64,000 nt of DNA from Daphnia carinata. Lineage: Eukaryota. A program made the translations under genes and the position numbers. Positions 40,646 to 55,000 of this stretch are shown piece after piece; position 1 is the first letter of the stretch, and each line of letters starts with the position of its first letter. The stretch is from positions 4,650,001-4,714,000 of the forward strand of contig NC_081332.1 in the NCBI RefSeq assembly GCF_022539665.2, read 5' to 3'. The notes beneath the pieces were generated by a model. That model worked only from the letters and a program-made list of their open reading frames with translations, was not told where the DNA came from and ran no database searches.

Positions 40646-40695
40646 GTTGGCAACTGAAATTTTATGCAATCGTCTGCTCGGACGATAACAACGGA

Positions 40696-40710
40696 AGAGC
40701 CACCTAGCGG
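40696..40710 (-). promoter_or_regulatory. CTCF-like motif just upstream of the cux start codon
   Basis: Minus strand reads CCGCTAGGTGGCTCT, close to the CTCF core CCRSYAGRKGGCRS. Confidence 0.45.
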
Positions 40711-41004
40711 TATTGACATTTTGAAGTCAATTCTCATCGAAGATTCCAACAAATTCTTATTACATTTATTTGTCCCAAACATGTAAAAAAAACTAACGTT
40801 TGATCAATAATCCTAAATGTTGAATTTATCATATTTTACTAAATTAAGGGTCCAAGTCGAATTTCTTCATAAAACAAAATAGACTGTGGTGGCACCAACA
40901 CGTTTGCTACGTGTCAGGTGTTAGCAGAAGGCATAAATGATCTCAGTTGTTCTTGAATATTCTTTATCATTTTTCTTCAATCAAGGTACGAATCGATACG
41001 AATC

Positions 41005-41256
41005 ATGAATAATACAGAAGGCATCCCTAAAGTTCTATCTCGAGCTCGTATGACCTTACGGGCTAAGTTGACAATAATTAGTTTAATCTTGATCATCGGT
41101 AGTATCATTGGCATGATCTGTATCAACATATACATGCCGGTCACTCTACCGGGACATTGCCAGACAGTCACAGTTTGCGAGCCTACTTCACTGGATAATG
41201 AAGCTCAAATTTATCCACTAAATCAGATCAAGAACGCAATTACTGCTTTTACTTAA
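41005..41256 (+). CDS. Possible small single-pass (type II-like) membrane protein or truncated gene fragment, 83 aa
   Basis: True ATG start, basic stretch (SRARMTLRAK), then a ~20-aa hydrophobic segment (LTIISLILIIGSIIGMICINIYM). No low-complexity sequence. No family recognised. Confidence 0.3.
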   Translation: MNNTEGIPKVLSRARMTLRAKLTIISLILIIGSIIGMICINIYMPVTLPGHCQTVTVCEPTSLDNEAQIYPLNQIKNAITAFT

Positions 41257-41285
41257 CCCGGAAACCACAACCCAGACAACCCAGA

Positions 41286-41735
41286 AAAGGAGGTGGACAA
41301 ATAATGATACTGTAAAGTTTTCATGAGTTTGTGCATTCGCCATTTTTTTTGCGTGTGTGTCGAAGTCAACGATACTGAAACGTTTCGACGTACCTGTAAG
41401 AAGAAAGGAGGTGTACAAACAATGATACCGTCAAGTTTCATGAATTGTACGCATTCGCCATTATTTTTGTCGAAGTCAACAAAATTAAACTGAAAAGTTG
41501 CAACGTACCTGAAAGAGCAAAGGAGGTGCACAAACAATGATACTGTATGATTTCATGAATATCATGCATTCACCGTTTTTCGTGTCGAAGTCAATAAAAC
41601 TAAACTGAAAAGTTGCAACATACCTAATAGAGCAAAGGAGGTGCACAAACAATGCCTCTAAGGTTTCATGAATTTCATGCATTCACCAGTTTTTTGTGTC
41701 GAAGTTAACAAAACTAAACTGAAAAGTTGCGACGT
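41286..41735. repeat. Tandem array B, 4 diverged copies of a ~115-118 bp unit, upstream of the cux start codon
   Basis: Anchor AAAGGAGGTG at 41286, 41404, 41519 and 41634. Shared blocks TTTCATGA, GCATTCRCC, TGTCGAAGTYAA and ACTGAAA. Confidence 0.93.
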
Positions 41736-44253
41736 GTACACATCATTTGACTTAATCAGAAATACATTGATATCTGACAAACATGCTCTCTTTCTTTTTT
41801 TTTTTTTTTTTACTTAATTTACTATCAAATCACTCTACATGAAAACACGCCACAACAACAAAAATGTATGCATAGTACCAATTCCTTTTGCAAAACAGAA
41901 ATAGTAAAGGTTTGCCGAACGAATCAGTACAGGAGGGGGTTGACGTTGCATATCGTAACGTGGAAGAAGTTAAATAAAACTAGCATACATGTACATATAT
42001 GTATCTCAGCTGGAATGGTTGACTGTTCCACATGAAGATGTGTTGCATGACACATTTGGAGAGGAAGAAAGATCAAAGCTATGCTCATCGCTCACGTACG
42101 TCTTTGAGTGCTCGCGTTCTGAAAGCAGAAGCAGCGGCAATACTCATTCGGGTAGACATTTTAATGAATTGATGATTTACCACACTCCAACAAATTGGAT
42201 TGTGCGACGATTATCACAGTGTTCGCCATCACATCTTCTCTCGATGCCGTAAAGCGCACTGGGATCCATGTGTCTGTCGTCTAATGGTCAAAAATAAAAG
42301 GAAACGAAGAAAGACATTAAAAACTGGATACACGAGTCATTATATAGCTCTCGATTGAATCACGCAACATTATTTTATCAACAAAAAGCAATACAGCGAA
42401 AAAAGAAACGATGACGAGCCATCAGGAAGAAGATGGGTTCAAAAGTTACGACATCGAGCTGTAGCACTTTATAGGAAAACTTGTTTTTGACTTTGGTTAT
42501 ACGCAGAAAGGGGAAGATCGAATGAGTGGAAAGAGATGGATGTCCGCTGGAGCGTCGTGGAGAAAGCGATGAAGCGGCCTTCTCCATCGACATGATTAAG
42601 ACGACCGCCGTTCTCTTTCTGCGGTTCGTCGCATCGTTTGCAAAAGGGCATTTACGAACCATTGATTGTGTGTGTTCTCTGTTGATTTAGTGTGGACATG
42701 GAAATGGAACTAGAGACATTATCTTTGGCCTCCGCTAAGCATCACATCACCACTGATGGCAATGAAATAATGCAAACTTTTCAAATTGATTGCATTTCTT
42801 TCCGACGAGATTTTTATCTAATATTCTTTTTCTTTTGTATTTCTTGATTTGTTTTGTTCTAATTCTTTCTATAGTTTCCAATAGGGAGAAGCAGGATTAT
42901 CTTTCTGTTTGCGGACCATTTAGCGGAGCAGCTAGAAGAGTCGAGTAGGACTCGACAAAGAAGATTGAGAACAAGAGCAGCGACTCTATAGGTCGCGTGT
43001 TGCGCTAGCTGAATTCTTCTTTTTCACGTCAACATGTAGGGGGGCACTCTGTGCATTGTGTTACAAAAGCCAGTGACGCGTATGCAAATCAATGCCTCGC
43101 TATATACATCGTCATCAGTTCATTTCTCAGGGCATTCGTTCTGTCATTTTCTTTTTGTTTTCCTTTCTTTTTTAACGACCGGATTTTCCTTGTGAACGCC
43201 TCGCCGAACCGCCGAGCGACTCCTTCCAACTCAATGGATTCGGTCGCCTTCTACTCATCTCGATCCGCTTCGGACCGTCTCCGCTTTTGATTCGTCGCCT
43301 CACCAGCTTCTTTAATGGCGAAATACAACTGTCGAAGTCTAAAAGCTCTAAGTCGTCTTCTTTGACCGACGAGGAGATAAATCCATCTATTACTAAATTA
43401 AGTAAATTGGAAAATCACTTGCCTACACGGCCTAGCTTGTAGTAAGTCGTTCGGCCTGCTGAAATACTTGCCGTACAGCCGGTTCCCTTTAATTGCCATC
43501 CGGACAAATGGGCTGACGTGGAAAGGGGGTTACGCCATCCGCCGGTTCCCGTTCGTTTCATTCCTTGTCTGTTTAATCCAGCGTTCATTTCCAGACGCCC
43601 AGCCGTCTCATTATTGACGAGAATTCCGAGCGTTCAAAGTTTAAAGCATGACATTAGTACAACTCCGATGGATTGAACTCTCTTTTCACATCCTTTCTCG
43701 TACCATTCCCAATCTTATAACAGCACTCCGTTCTGTCCAACTATCTTAAAGCCCTTTCAATATATTTCTAATTGTCTAAAAGCTACCGTGAACAAGTACA
43801 AAGACAGATTGCCACGTCTCGATAACGTTCACAGATGACAGCAAAATGGGTAGGAGTGAGAATAAGATGTGGACGTACAAACGTAATAAAACAAATTCAT
43901 AGCCATTAATAATAGCACTAAGCAGTATTAAGCTAATGAATTTATTCCCTGTGTTTTACATTTCTTTTCTATATGGTATGTCTAGGACTGGAAAGCTTGT
44001 GTCAAACAACCGTTCAGGGGAGAAATTCATCTTTGAAGAATTAGTTCCTTTCGCTCTGACAATTCACATGTCATAGTCGACTGCATAAAATTCGTAGACT
44101 TTTTTCGTACCAAGTTATTTTTTGCATTATGCACAAGCTATTTTATGCCCTTAAGGAGCCTAAATTCTATCAAACAGTTTAAGAAACGTACCTGAGCCAT
44201 TTTGTTTTGATTTTAGGATCACGTTACAGCACTTGCAGGTTCAATCAACCAGC

Positions 44254-44269
44254 CAGCGCCACCTGTGTG
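44254..44269 (-). promoter_or_regulatory. CTCF-like motif
   Basis: Minus strand reads CACACAGGTGGCGCTG. Confidence 0.4.
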
Positions 44270-44732
44270 CGATATTTTACATTAGCGATTGCATTTCAAA
44301 GTTGAGAAAATCGTGGAAAAATTGCTATTCGTATTTCTTTTTTTCGTTATCCGCATTGTTGATGGGATGTTAAGATGGTGAGTAATGAGGAACATGTGTT
44401 TGACGGTCAGCAACCTGTTCTCGGGGGCGGCGATAAACAAGATAAGCTACAACATAACTGCCTACAAGAAATTCCACATGGAACTATTTAGCTACGTGTA
44501 TCAAACATGTCATCCGACCAAGGAATTTCTTTGTTCTGGTATACGTTGCAAGAATCTTGAAATTTCGTCAGACGGAATAATCAAAAATTCATCAACAAAT
44601 ATTTGGAGGGAACCCTTCGAAAGTTCCGGCCAGGTGTCTATTCTATCTGCAGCAAGAATTAAAAGAAAAATAAAAGATATTTTTTGGTTTTTTTCCCCTT
44701 TTATCTTCCTCTTGGGTTTCTACTTTGAAATA

Positions 44733-44748
44733 ACGGTAGATGGCAGCA
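44733..44748 (+). promoter_or_regulatory. CTCF-like motif upstream of SWEET1
   Basis: ACGGTAGATGGCAGCA, about 190 bp before the SWEET1 ATG. Confidence 0.4.
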
Positions 44749-44932
44749 AGAGTGGGCCACGTCAAAAAAAAAATTGTTGTGTAAACAGACGTATCTTTTT
44801 AACGAGATAATTACCTTGAATAGCCGGACACAGGGATTTTGTAAGGTTCTGGCATTGAATTATAATGTTTCTGTTATACGTGTCACTTCTCAACAAAAAA
44901 TAGACACGTGCAATCAGTAACAAGCCTTCAAA

Positions 44933-46003
44933 ATGGCACTGGAGAACTTCAGAGAGATCTTGAGCGTGACTGCCACTGTCACTACGATTATTCAGTTTCT
45001 AACCGGGGTGTACGTTGTCAATTAGTCCTTAATTTAACAATATATTATTTTTTTATATATTATAATATACTATATTTTGATTTACATAAATTTTTAAAAA
45101 GTGTGAAATGGAATTTTAGCATAAGTAAAAATATTTTTTGTAATGAAATGAATTTTATCCTCACTTAACAGGATTATCTGTGCAAGTATTCGAAAAAAAG
45201 GGATTTCTGGAGAAATTTCAGGTTTCCCATTCATAGCCGGTGTTCTCGGGTACAAACTGCCTGTTAATTGTTATAATCTTTGGCTATTTCAAATGAATAC
45301 TTCTTTTTCTAAATTTCAGATGTAGTTTGTGGCTGCGCTATGGGATGCTCATGAAAGATTCTGCAATGATTACAGTGAATGCAGTTGGACTTGTACTTCA
45401 GCTGTCTTATGTTTGCATGTACTATGTATATGCAACACACAAGGTATATGCTGTGAGATGTCATCTCTCTCCTGTGTTATCATTACACAATTTGAAATAT
45501 ATAGGGAGCATACCTCAAGCAGGTATTGATTGTCTTCTCTGTCGTTCTTACTACAATGTTTTATGTGGCAGTAGAACCTATTGAGGATAAGGCTGAATTT
45601 AGATTGGGGTTGCTCTGTTGTGCCACCACCTTGATCTTCTGTTCTGCACCTCTTGCCACATTGGTAATTTTTCAATTATACCCTATGTTCTTTTTCTTAT
45701 TTTAATTATTTTTTCTTAGGGTGATGTCTTGCGGACACGCAGCACCGAAACCTTACCATTCTATTTAATCCTTGCCAATGTTCTTGTGGCAGCACAATGG
45801 TTTCTCTATGGCGTGGCAGTTCATAACACTTTTGTTCAAGTATTTTTGTTATGAATAGTTATCGTGATGGGTAATTTTCAATGTTTAACTTGCAGGTGCC
45901 CAATTTCATCAGTTGCCTTATTGCCTTATCACAGTTGTCGTTGTTTGCCATCTTTCCCAGCACTAATATTCGCACAAAACTTCAAGTAAGTGATGAAGAA
46001 TGA
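44933..46003 (+). CDS. SLC50A1: Sugar transporter SWEET1 (SLC50A1, MtN3/saliva family), 6 exons, 221 aa
   Basis: Exons 44933-45009, 45172-45249, 45320-45443, 45505-45663, 45720-45839, 45896-46003; all introns GT-AG; 666 nt. Protein MALENFREILSVTATVTTIIQFLTGV..ISGFPFIAGVLGCSLWLRYG..VNAVG..SAPLATLGDVLRTRSTETLPF..WFLYG..VPN shows two MtN3 repeats. Confidence 0.95.
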
Positions 46004-46262
46004 TACCTGCTGCCTTGAAATAAGGATGTGTTAGAATCTCAGTCATTAGAGCAATAACCAGTTATATTTTAAACCATATAATCTGAAACATTACCAATAC
46101 ACGGAAATCCTTACTAATCCGTTATTTTGTCATTTAATTTCAGAACGTCGTTTAATTTTACATTAAACGGTAAAAATGAGGAACTCCTGCTCCGAATGGT
46201 GTCGCATTGTTTATTTTACACGATCGCGAAGATTTATGAAACAGCCAGTATTTACGTTACTT

Positions 46263-49339
<3,077 letters not shown>

Positions 49340-49803
49340 GTTTTCTTTTCAATATCAGAAATAAACTTGGTTCCTATCATCAAACTTGTTAAAACTTTCT
49401 GTTAAACACTCTTTGAGTAGCTTGTTGTGATACACCAACTACCGGCATCCGAACCATTTTCTGGATGCGGTAAAGTTTGAAACCTCTTCTGTGTTTTTCA
49501 ATTCTTGTGCTAATTTTAATTTTTGAAATAATAAAAAATTAAAAAACAATATGAAGTAATATAAGGAACTTAACGGTACAATATAAAGTTAAAAATTATT
49601 TTGTGTATTTAATAGGCATGTTGGTGCATACATGGCAATGCCGCCAGACGATCAGTGCAAAACAGAAATGGCTGACGTTTAATCGTCTACTTCAAAAACA
49701 AGAAATCGTGATTCCAATACGATACTGAATCTAAAACTTTTGATTATTTAAGGCCTTTCAATAACCTGACCGTAGCCCAGTGACACATAGGACACACAAA
49801 GAA
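49340..49803. promoter_or_regulatory. Probable bidirectional promoter region between DDX42 and the COMMD gene
   Basis: The start codons diverge with only 464 bp between them. AT-rich core, and an Inr-like TCAGT near 49652 on +. Confidence 0.6.
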
Positions 49804-50092
49804 ATGGCAAAGAATTCTCAATTGGTCGACTTGGCATGGGAACTTGGTGGTAAATTTTAACAATTTGCAATGTTTGGTGAAGAATGTATGCATGCTAATG
49901 AAATGACATTGTATCTTAGTGACTGCTGCATCAAGCTGTGAGGAACAAGTGGGGCAGACATATGTCAGGATCAAGATGAAGCTAAATACTGAAAAATCAT
50001 TAGAAACAGTTTTGATGGAATTGTCTCTCAAACAGTTTTATGATCTTCTGCATGACCTAGAAAAGGCCCAAAACATCATGAATAATGTTTAA
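49804..50092 (+). CDS. COMMD7: COMM-domain protein, COMMD7-like, COMM domain only (72 aa, 2 coding exons)
   Basis: Exons 49804-49849 and 49920-50092 (70-nt GT-AG intron) give MAKNSQLVDLAWELGVTAASSCEEQVGQTYVRIKMKLNTEKSLETVLMELSLKQFYDLLHDLEKAQNIMNNV*. It has the COMM signature LxDxxWxxG..ELSxxQFxxLxxxLE; GVTxxSS..xxVG and QFY..LHxxE resemble COMMD7. AATAAA follows near 50111. Absent from the ORF track. Paralog assignment is less certain than the domain call. Confidence 0.82.
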
Positions 50093-50276
50093 AATGATAA
50101 CCATAATGAAAATAAATGATGTAAATAAATAATTCTAGACACACTTATACCTTCAATTGCATGATATATATCCAATTATCATTGCAACACCTTTATTTTA
50201 TTTATAAATCGTAACTACACATGTTTGGTCCATAAATCTAATGGTACATATACAAATTTCAGAATATCAGAAAAGG

Positions 50277-52085
50277 TTAAATGCTGGCCACAGCCTTCTT
50301 GGCTGCATCATCTAGATCACTAGCACTCTGAATTGGAAGCCCAGATTCTTTAAGGATTTTCTTGGCTGCATCCACATTTGTTCCTGTCCAATAAAAAAAA
50401 AATTGTAAGTTGTCATGTATGGCAGAAAAGTCCACGACAGTATGATTTTAAATTTTACCTTCAAGTCTAACAATCAGTGGAACTTTGAGCTCTATGCTTT
50501 TAGATGCGCCTACAATTCCTGATGCGATGGTCGCACAGTTCACAATACCACCGAATACGTTTACCAGGATAGCTTTCACGTTCTTGTCTGTTAAATATCA
50601 AAGTAAAGTCAGCCTTTTCGGAAATTATTTCACAAGAAGAAAATTTTACCAGATGTAAGAATCTTGAATGCTTGAAGCACTTGCTGCTCTTGAACAGTGC
50701 CTCCAACATCAAGGAAGTTGGCTGGTGATGCTCCATAAAGTTGGATGATGTCCATGGTCGCCATGGCAAGTCCAGCTCCATTTACTTTTTTCGTTCGAAA
50801 TCAAATTATTAAACAAACAGGAAATCATATTGCAGACGCTTACCCAAACAACCAATATTCCCATCCATCCCAATGTAGTTTAGATTGTATTTATTGGCTT
50901 CAACTTCTCTCGGATCGCTTTCAGTTGTGTCTTCCATGGCAAAGATTTCTTGTTGGCGAAACTTAGCGTTATCGTCAAAACCAATCTTGGCGTCGACGCT
51001 GACAACTTGACCTTGTGGAGTTTCAACAAACGGGTTGATTTCCACTTGTACGGCATCAACCTATAATACAACTATTGTTAGTCGGGATCTATTGAACGAA
51101 AATTTGGATTTTAAATACCTTAAGGAACATTTCCCATAAATGTTTTATTTCTTGGGCAGCTTTCTTTTTCAAATCTCCTTTAAAAAGAAGAAATTCAGCA
51201 AGATCATTTGCCATACCATCAGTAACCCCTTCGAAAATGTCAACTGGAAGGGTTTTAATCAGTTCGGGAGTTTTGTGAGCCACGTCTTCGATATCCATAC
51301 CACCAGCAGGGCTAGCAATAATAACAGGCCCATTGTATTCTCTGAATAGATTTTATAAAAATAAATAACCTGATCCATTTTGCTCTATCTAAAAAAACAG
51401 TATTGCATTTACATACCTATCCATAAGAATGCAAAGGTAGGTTTCCCTTAAAATATCAACAGATTCTGCTACCATAACATGATTCACTGGAATGCCTTCC
51501 TTGGGAGTTTGTTTAGTAATCAGTTTTTTATGCAACATTTCACCAACAAGATTCTTAGCTTTAACAGGGCTAAGAAATATGAATGCTTGAATTATAATGT
51601 TAAAACGAGGAATATAAGATTTGTTTTACTCTTTCGTAAGGTGAACACCTCCTTTAAAACCTGAATCAAACACACCCAATCCTCGCCCTCCTGCTAGGAT
51701 TTGAGCTTTTACAACATATTCCCCAGGCCCTGAAAAGATTCAATTTTGATTAATATTACATTCTTGGGGACCATACATATAATAAAATTTACTTAATTTG
51801 GCTGACAGACAGTTGGTGTCATCAATCTTGTCTGCAACTATGAACTTCTGCACTGTTACATTGTACTTTTCCAGCAATGTTTTGCTTTGATATTCAAGCA
51901 AATTCAAGTGTCTCACAGACTGAATGTTAACACGGCATTTCTAAAAGTAAACAAAGTCTTTACAATGAGGACAGGATGGCTTAACGAATTGGTTTTGCGA
52001 ATCTGTGTGTTAAATTTTGACTTACCGTCGGAATGCACTTCCCCAACCGCACAACATTCCTGAGAGTTGGAATATGAAAAGCCAT
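50277..52085 (-). CDS. SUCLG2: Succinate--CoA ligase [GDP-forming] beta subunit, mitochondrial, 9 exons
   Basis: Exons 52085-52026, 51940-51793, 51729-51630, 51569-51417, 51341-51119, 51060-50844, 50784-50650, 50587-50459, 50383-50277. Motifs [66 protein letters not shown] points to the GDP-forming paralog (the ATP-forming one has GGIMRC). The basic, acid-free N-terminus fits a mitochondrial presequence. Confidence 0.95.
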
Positions 52086-55000
52086 ACTGAATGTTGCTCA
52101 GTTCCTGAGGATGCAAAAAATTTACTCGTGGAGGGAAACTGGACGGGATAGGCGTGAAAACTAAGGAATACAAAAAGTGCATACACCGCAGTAAGCTACA
52201 GTCAGTTTGCAGCAGACGGTTTCACATGCATAACCAGCGGCCAAAATTGTCAAATGTCGCCTGCGTCTTGTAAAGGAATAACCTAGCCTTGATCTACCTT
52301 TTTAAAAATTTCTGATTGAAAATACAAATATTTTTAAATGGTCATACACAGAGCTAATCCTGTTCGTGGAAGATTGCTCCATAAATGGTTACCTAAAACT
52401 GTGCTGGGCCATCGTTGATTTAATGGTTTTCTATGTTTTTAATAGATGGCGTTGCAGTGAAGTTTTAGACTTAAATATAAAATTTTAAAAACATTTTAAA
52501 TCACGAGGAAATGCTGTTGAGATAACAACTACGTCGACTTATTCAAGAATTTGTGAAATTAAGATTAGAAGTGAGTACGTTAATCTTTTTTAAAGGGTAG
52601 TAATAAAGCAACTAAGTGATCTTATGGACTTGTCCATTTCGCAAGGACTAAGAATTAGGTTGTTCGTTGCCTCACGTTATCAACGGTTTCGAGCGTTGTG
52701 ACTCTTGGGTACTTGAACCCTACGGAAACTTCTCGTCGTTTCATTCTATCCTATGCCTTACGCAGAGTTAGCATGCTACAAAATAAAAAAAAACCCTGAG
52801 GATTCGCTCAATCTCAGTTCACGATTGATGGCGACCATTAATACAGCCCAAAACCCATATAAAAGAAAGGCACGTGGAATATGTGCAATAGGCCTGTGTA
52901 TAGACAAGCGTAATGAAACGAAAAGAAAACTACTATTTGTTTTATCTGCCACTTTTACACATAGAACATCATCCATACAGAAAAAAGGTTTAGCAATGAT
53001 CAAATTTATCCAGCCGAATTTTACCGTAAGATTTTTCTCCATTCATATGCAAATTTCGCAGAGAAATAAAAAACAGCAAGTTTGATTTATGAATACCTCC
53101 ATTGCGATTTCCCGAACACTGCATAGGGGTTCGCCAGTACCATGTAGTATGCATCAATACGATATGGTAATTCACAGTCGGAAAAGTATTATTGATTTTC
53201 TTGCCAAATCGAATGGGAAAATAAATATACACGTCGACACACACGTTCTCATGAATGCACATCTATGGAATAAATCAATATAACGTTATTACATAACGTT
53301 AAACTAACTTCATCCGGGCGATCGAATATGGCACCTAAAATGCCCGTTGTTTCAAATTGAAGCCAATACATGTCAAATCGGTTCCAGCGTCATCCACCTA
53401 CGCCTTTTGATATGTAACCAATACACTTAATTGGGTAGGCTAAAACAAATTAATGTTGGATTATTTATCCCAGGCATAGAGATGTACTTGTGCTAATTAA
53501 GTCCCTCTTCATATGGTACGAGGTGACATTGTTATTCCTGAAAACGTTTGTCTTCGACACAAGTGCAAATCGCCAATCTAATTTTTAAAAAAGCATTCCT
53601 CCGTTTTGTTTTACGCTGTGGTAGCCTTTTGTATCCAGTGTACGACTGTTTTCCTTGTTATCAGCCAACGTGAAGAAACGTATATACAACATCGCCTAGG
53701 GATCTGTCGTGAAGAGAAACAAACGAGGGAAAGAAAAATAAGTAACGACGTGCTTCTCTGCTTGTTATTTGATTGTATACTCTTTACTAGTCGAATACTC
53801 GATTCGACTTGGTTAAAGTCTGCATAAGGGTGCAAAGCAAAGAATTCAGCTCTCACAAAAGACGATCGATGAAAATGCCATAGGCTAGAATGTTTGCTTA
53901 TTTCTCTCCACGAAGCTTGTACTTGCAAAAGCAACATTTGAATACATTGGAATTTTCGAGAAGATCCATCCGGCTGGTAAGCTTGTTATCCGACCGACAA
54001 CTACTGTGTATAGGCCCTGAATGTAAGCACTGGCCAAAAACTTGGAAAGCGCACAAAGATCATCTGTTGCTGGAAATATCTAAATGTAGCATCATTTATA
54101 CTCGAATATATTAAAAAAATTATAACAACAGCGCAGTCTGTTACAGTTTCTCCGCTTAGTTCTCCGACTATAGCCAACTTCTCACTTAAATAAACGGCCC
54201 CAACGCCTTTGTAGTTAATGAGCTGAGGCGATGATCTTTAGCGCCAACTTGGCATCGCGTTGGACTAAATCTTTTGAGTTGGACAATTAGAAACGCCGAG
54301 TGATTGCGAAGAATTTGATGAAAATAGAATTCCTTCAACAGATGATATTCCCTCTGTTCCCTCCCATAATATTCTTAGAAAAAAAGAAAATTTTTTTTCT
54401 ATATCTGTTGCTGAGGACGAAAGAATCACCGTGCGAAAATTCTGACGTCCTTAGTGTGGGGATCGTTATTCTTTTAGTGTCGCCTATTCAAGGCGACTTG
54501 ATTGAATGTATTGTCGGTCTCCCAGAATAGAAAACAAAATCTTTTCTAAGCCCTTGGTAATAAAAACACAACAGGATTTTTCTCTTTTCTCTTGTCGAGC
54601 ACGTAACCAGTACCGCGACAAGGCGACAGCGGTCAATGGAACTGAGGCTTATATAGCTGTTGGCTGTGCAGCTGTTGTACTCTCAGCTATTACTCCCCGT
54701 GAACGATAAAAAAAAAACAAAAAGACTTGAAGATACCCAAGCGTTGGTGGTGCGGGTACATCTATCTAGCGTTTAGATATATATGAAGTCTCTGCGAAGC
54801 AAAGCGTTACGTGTGGCAGGCGAGCCGTATAACTAACTGTCAACAAGTTCCAAACGCAAAGCAAATTTGACGTGAGTATGGGGTGTTCGTACCGAACAAC
54901 CTTCACAGAAAATAAAGCCTGTGTTTTGCGTTTTGTATACGATGTAAAATAATAATGCGGAATGTTGACGATGGCACATGTCTCAGGTTGAATTTCTAAG

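Noticed and set aside
39647..41735. Arrays A and B as CRISPR-like repeat-spacer arrays
   Set aside because: Whole units are homologous, with no unique spacers; the context is eukaryotic and there are no cas genes.
44385..44810. 141-aa plus-strand ORF upstream of SWEET1
   Set aside because: No recognisable domain, a low-complexity tail, and it overlaps the presumed SWEET1 promoter.
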